Of a stretch of 64,000 nt of DNA, positions 63,837-64,000 are shown piece by piece (position 1 is the first letter of the stretch; the number at the start of each line of letters is the position of its first letter). The stretch is from Acidimicrobiales bacterium (GTDB lineage Bacteria > Actinomycetota > Acidimicrobiia > Acidimicrobiales > JAUJNH01). The translations under genes were made by a program, and so were the position numbers. The notes below the pieces were generated by a model that searched no databases, had not been told where the DNA came from, and saw nothing but the letters and a program-made list of their open reading frames with translations. The stretch is from assembly GCA_038232515.1 (NCBI GenBank), contig JBBSHS010000001.1, forward strand, positions 36,407 to 100,406, written 5' to 3'.

Positions 63837-64000
63837 GTGCAGCCTCGTACCCCCGACGACGTCCTCAAGCTCATCAAGGATGAGGGGGTCCAGATTGTCG
63901 ACGTCCGTTTCTGCGACCTGCCGGGCCTGATGCAGCATTTCTCCGTGCCCGCCCATGCCTTCGGCGAGGACATCTTCACCGACGGGTTCGGGTTCGACGG
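63837..64000 (+). CDS. glnA: type I glutamine synthetase GlnA (5' part; continues beyond the window)
   Basis: GTG after [48 protein letters not shown] matches the GlnA1 N-terminus. Confidence 0.85.
   Translation, partial: MQPRTPDDVLKLIKDEGVQIVDVRFCDLPGLMQHFSVPAHAFGEDIFTDGFGFD

Overview
High-GC (about 70% by eye, not computed) Actinomycetota-type chromosomal segment, densely coding on both strands. Most long alternative-frame or antisense ORFs in the track are GC artefacts. The backbone is housekeeping and, from memory, syntenic with the mycobacterial dnaX-recR ... ask/asd and bagAB-whiB-ponA neighbourhoods. It holds tRNA-Ser/tadA/tRNA-Ser, SRP RNA-dnaX-ybaB-recR, methylmalonyl-CoA epimerase, acyl-CoA carboxylase beta plus epsilon, two cyclophilins, ask, cysDNC, asd, two ArsA-like ATPases, NfeD, WhiB, PBP1A, Mrp, ErpA, RidA, and GlnR-glnA2 divergent from glnA1. 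More accessory-looking blocks are a diiron-oxygenase/hydrolase operon; a MacB-type ABC plus SGNH lipoprotein; a two-component system co-transcribed with an epimerase and a GT87 glycosyltransferase, divergent from GT2/DUF2064-methyltransferase/Mo-oxidoreductase; a lower-GC ABC exporter; and a metal/redox block (Dabb, ATL, DUF3565, truncated hemoglobin, ArsR-CDF-UPF0016, DJ-1, FMN reductase, MFS) ending at tRNA-Pro. I found no transposase, integrase, phage, CRISPR or recognisable defence genes, and no clear novel multi-gene system. The observations most worth a second look are: (1) three families of interspersed GC-rich hairpin repeats at gene boundaries, one bracketing the GT87 gene in inverted orientation and one pair bracketing the cysDNC block that splits ask from asd; (2) a 2-kb cluster of gene lesions (in-frame TAA, missing start, frameshifts) in the operon divergent from the two-component system, plus isolated homopolymer frameshifts elsewhere that could be assembly errors; (3) perfect short tandem repeats (9-bp, 15-nt, 7-bp) at a divergent promoter, in a CDF N-terminus and at a convergent terminator; (4) two catalytically degenerate enzyme homologues. 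All calls rest on reading the sequence and remembered family motifs; no searches were run.
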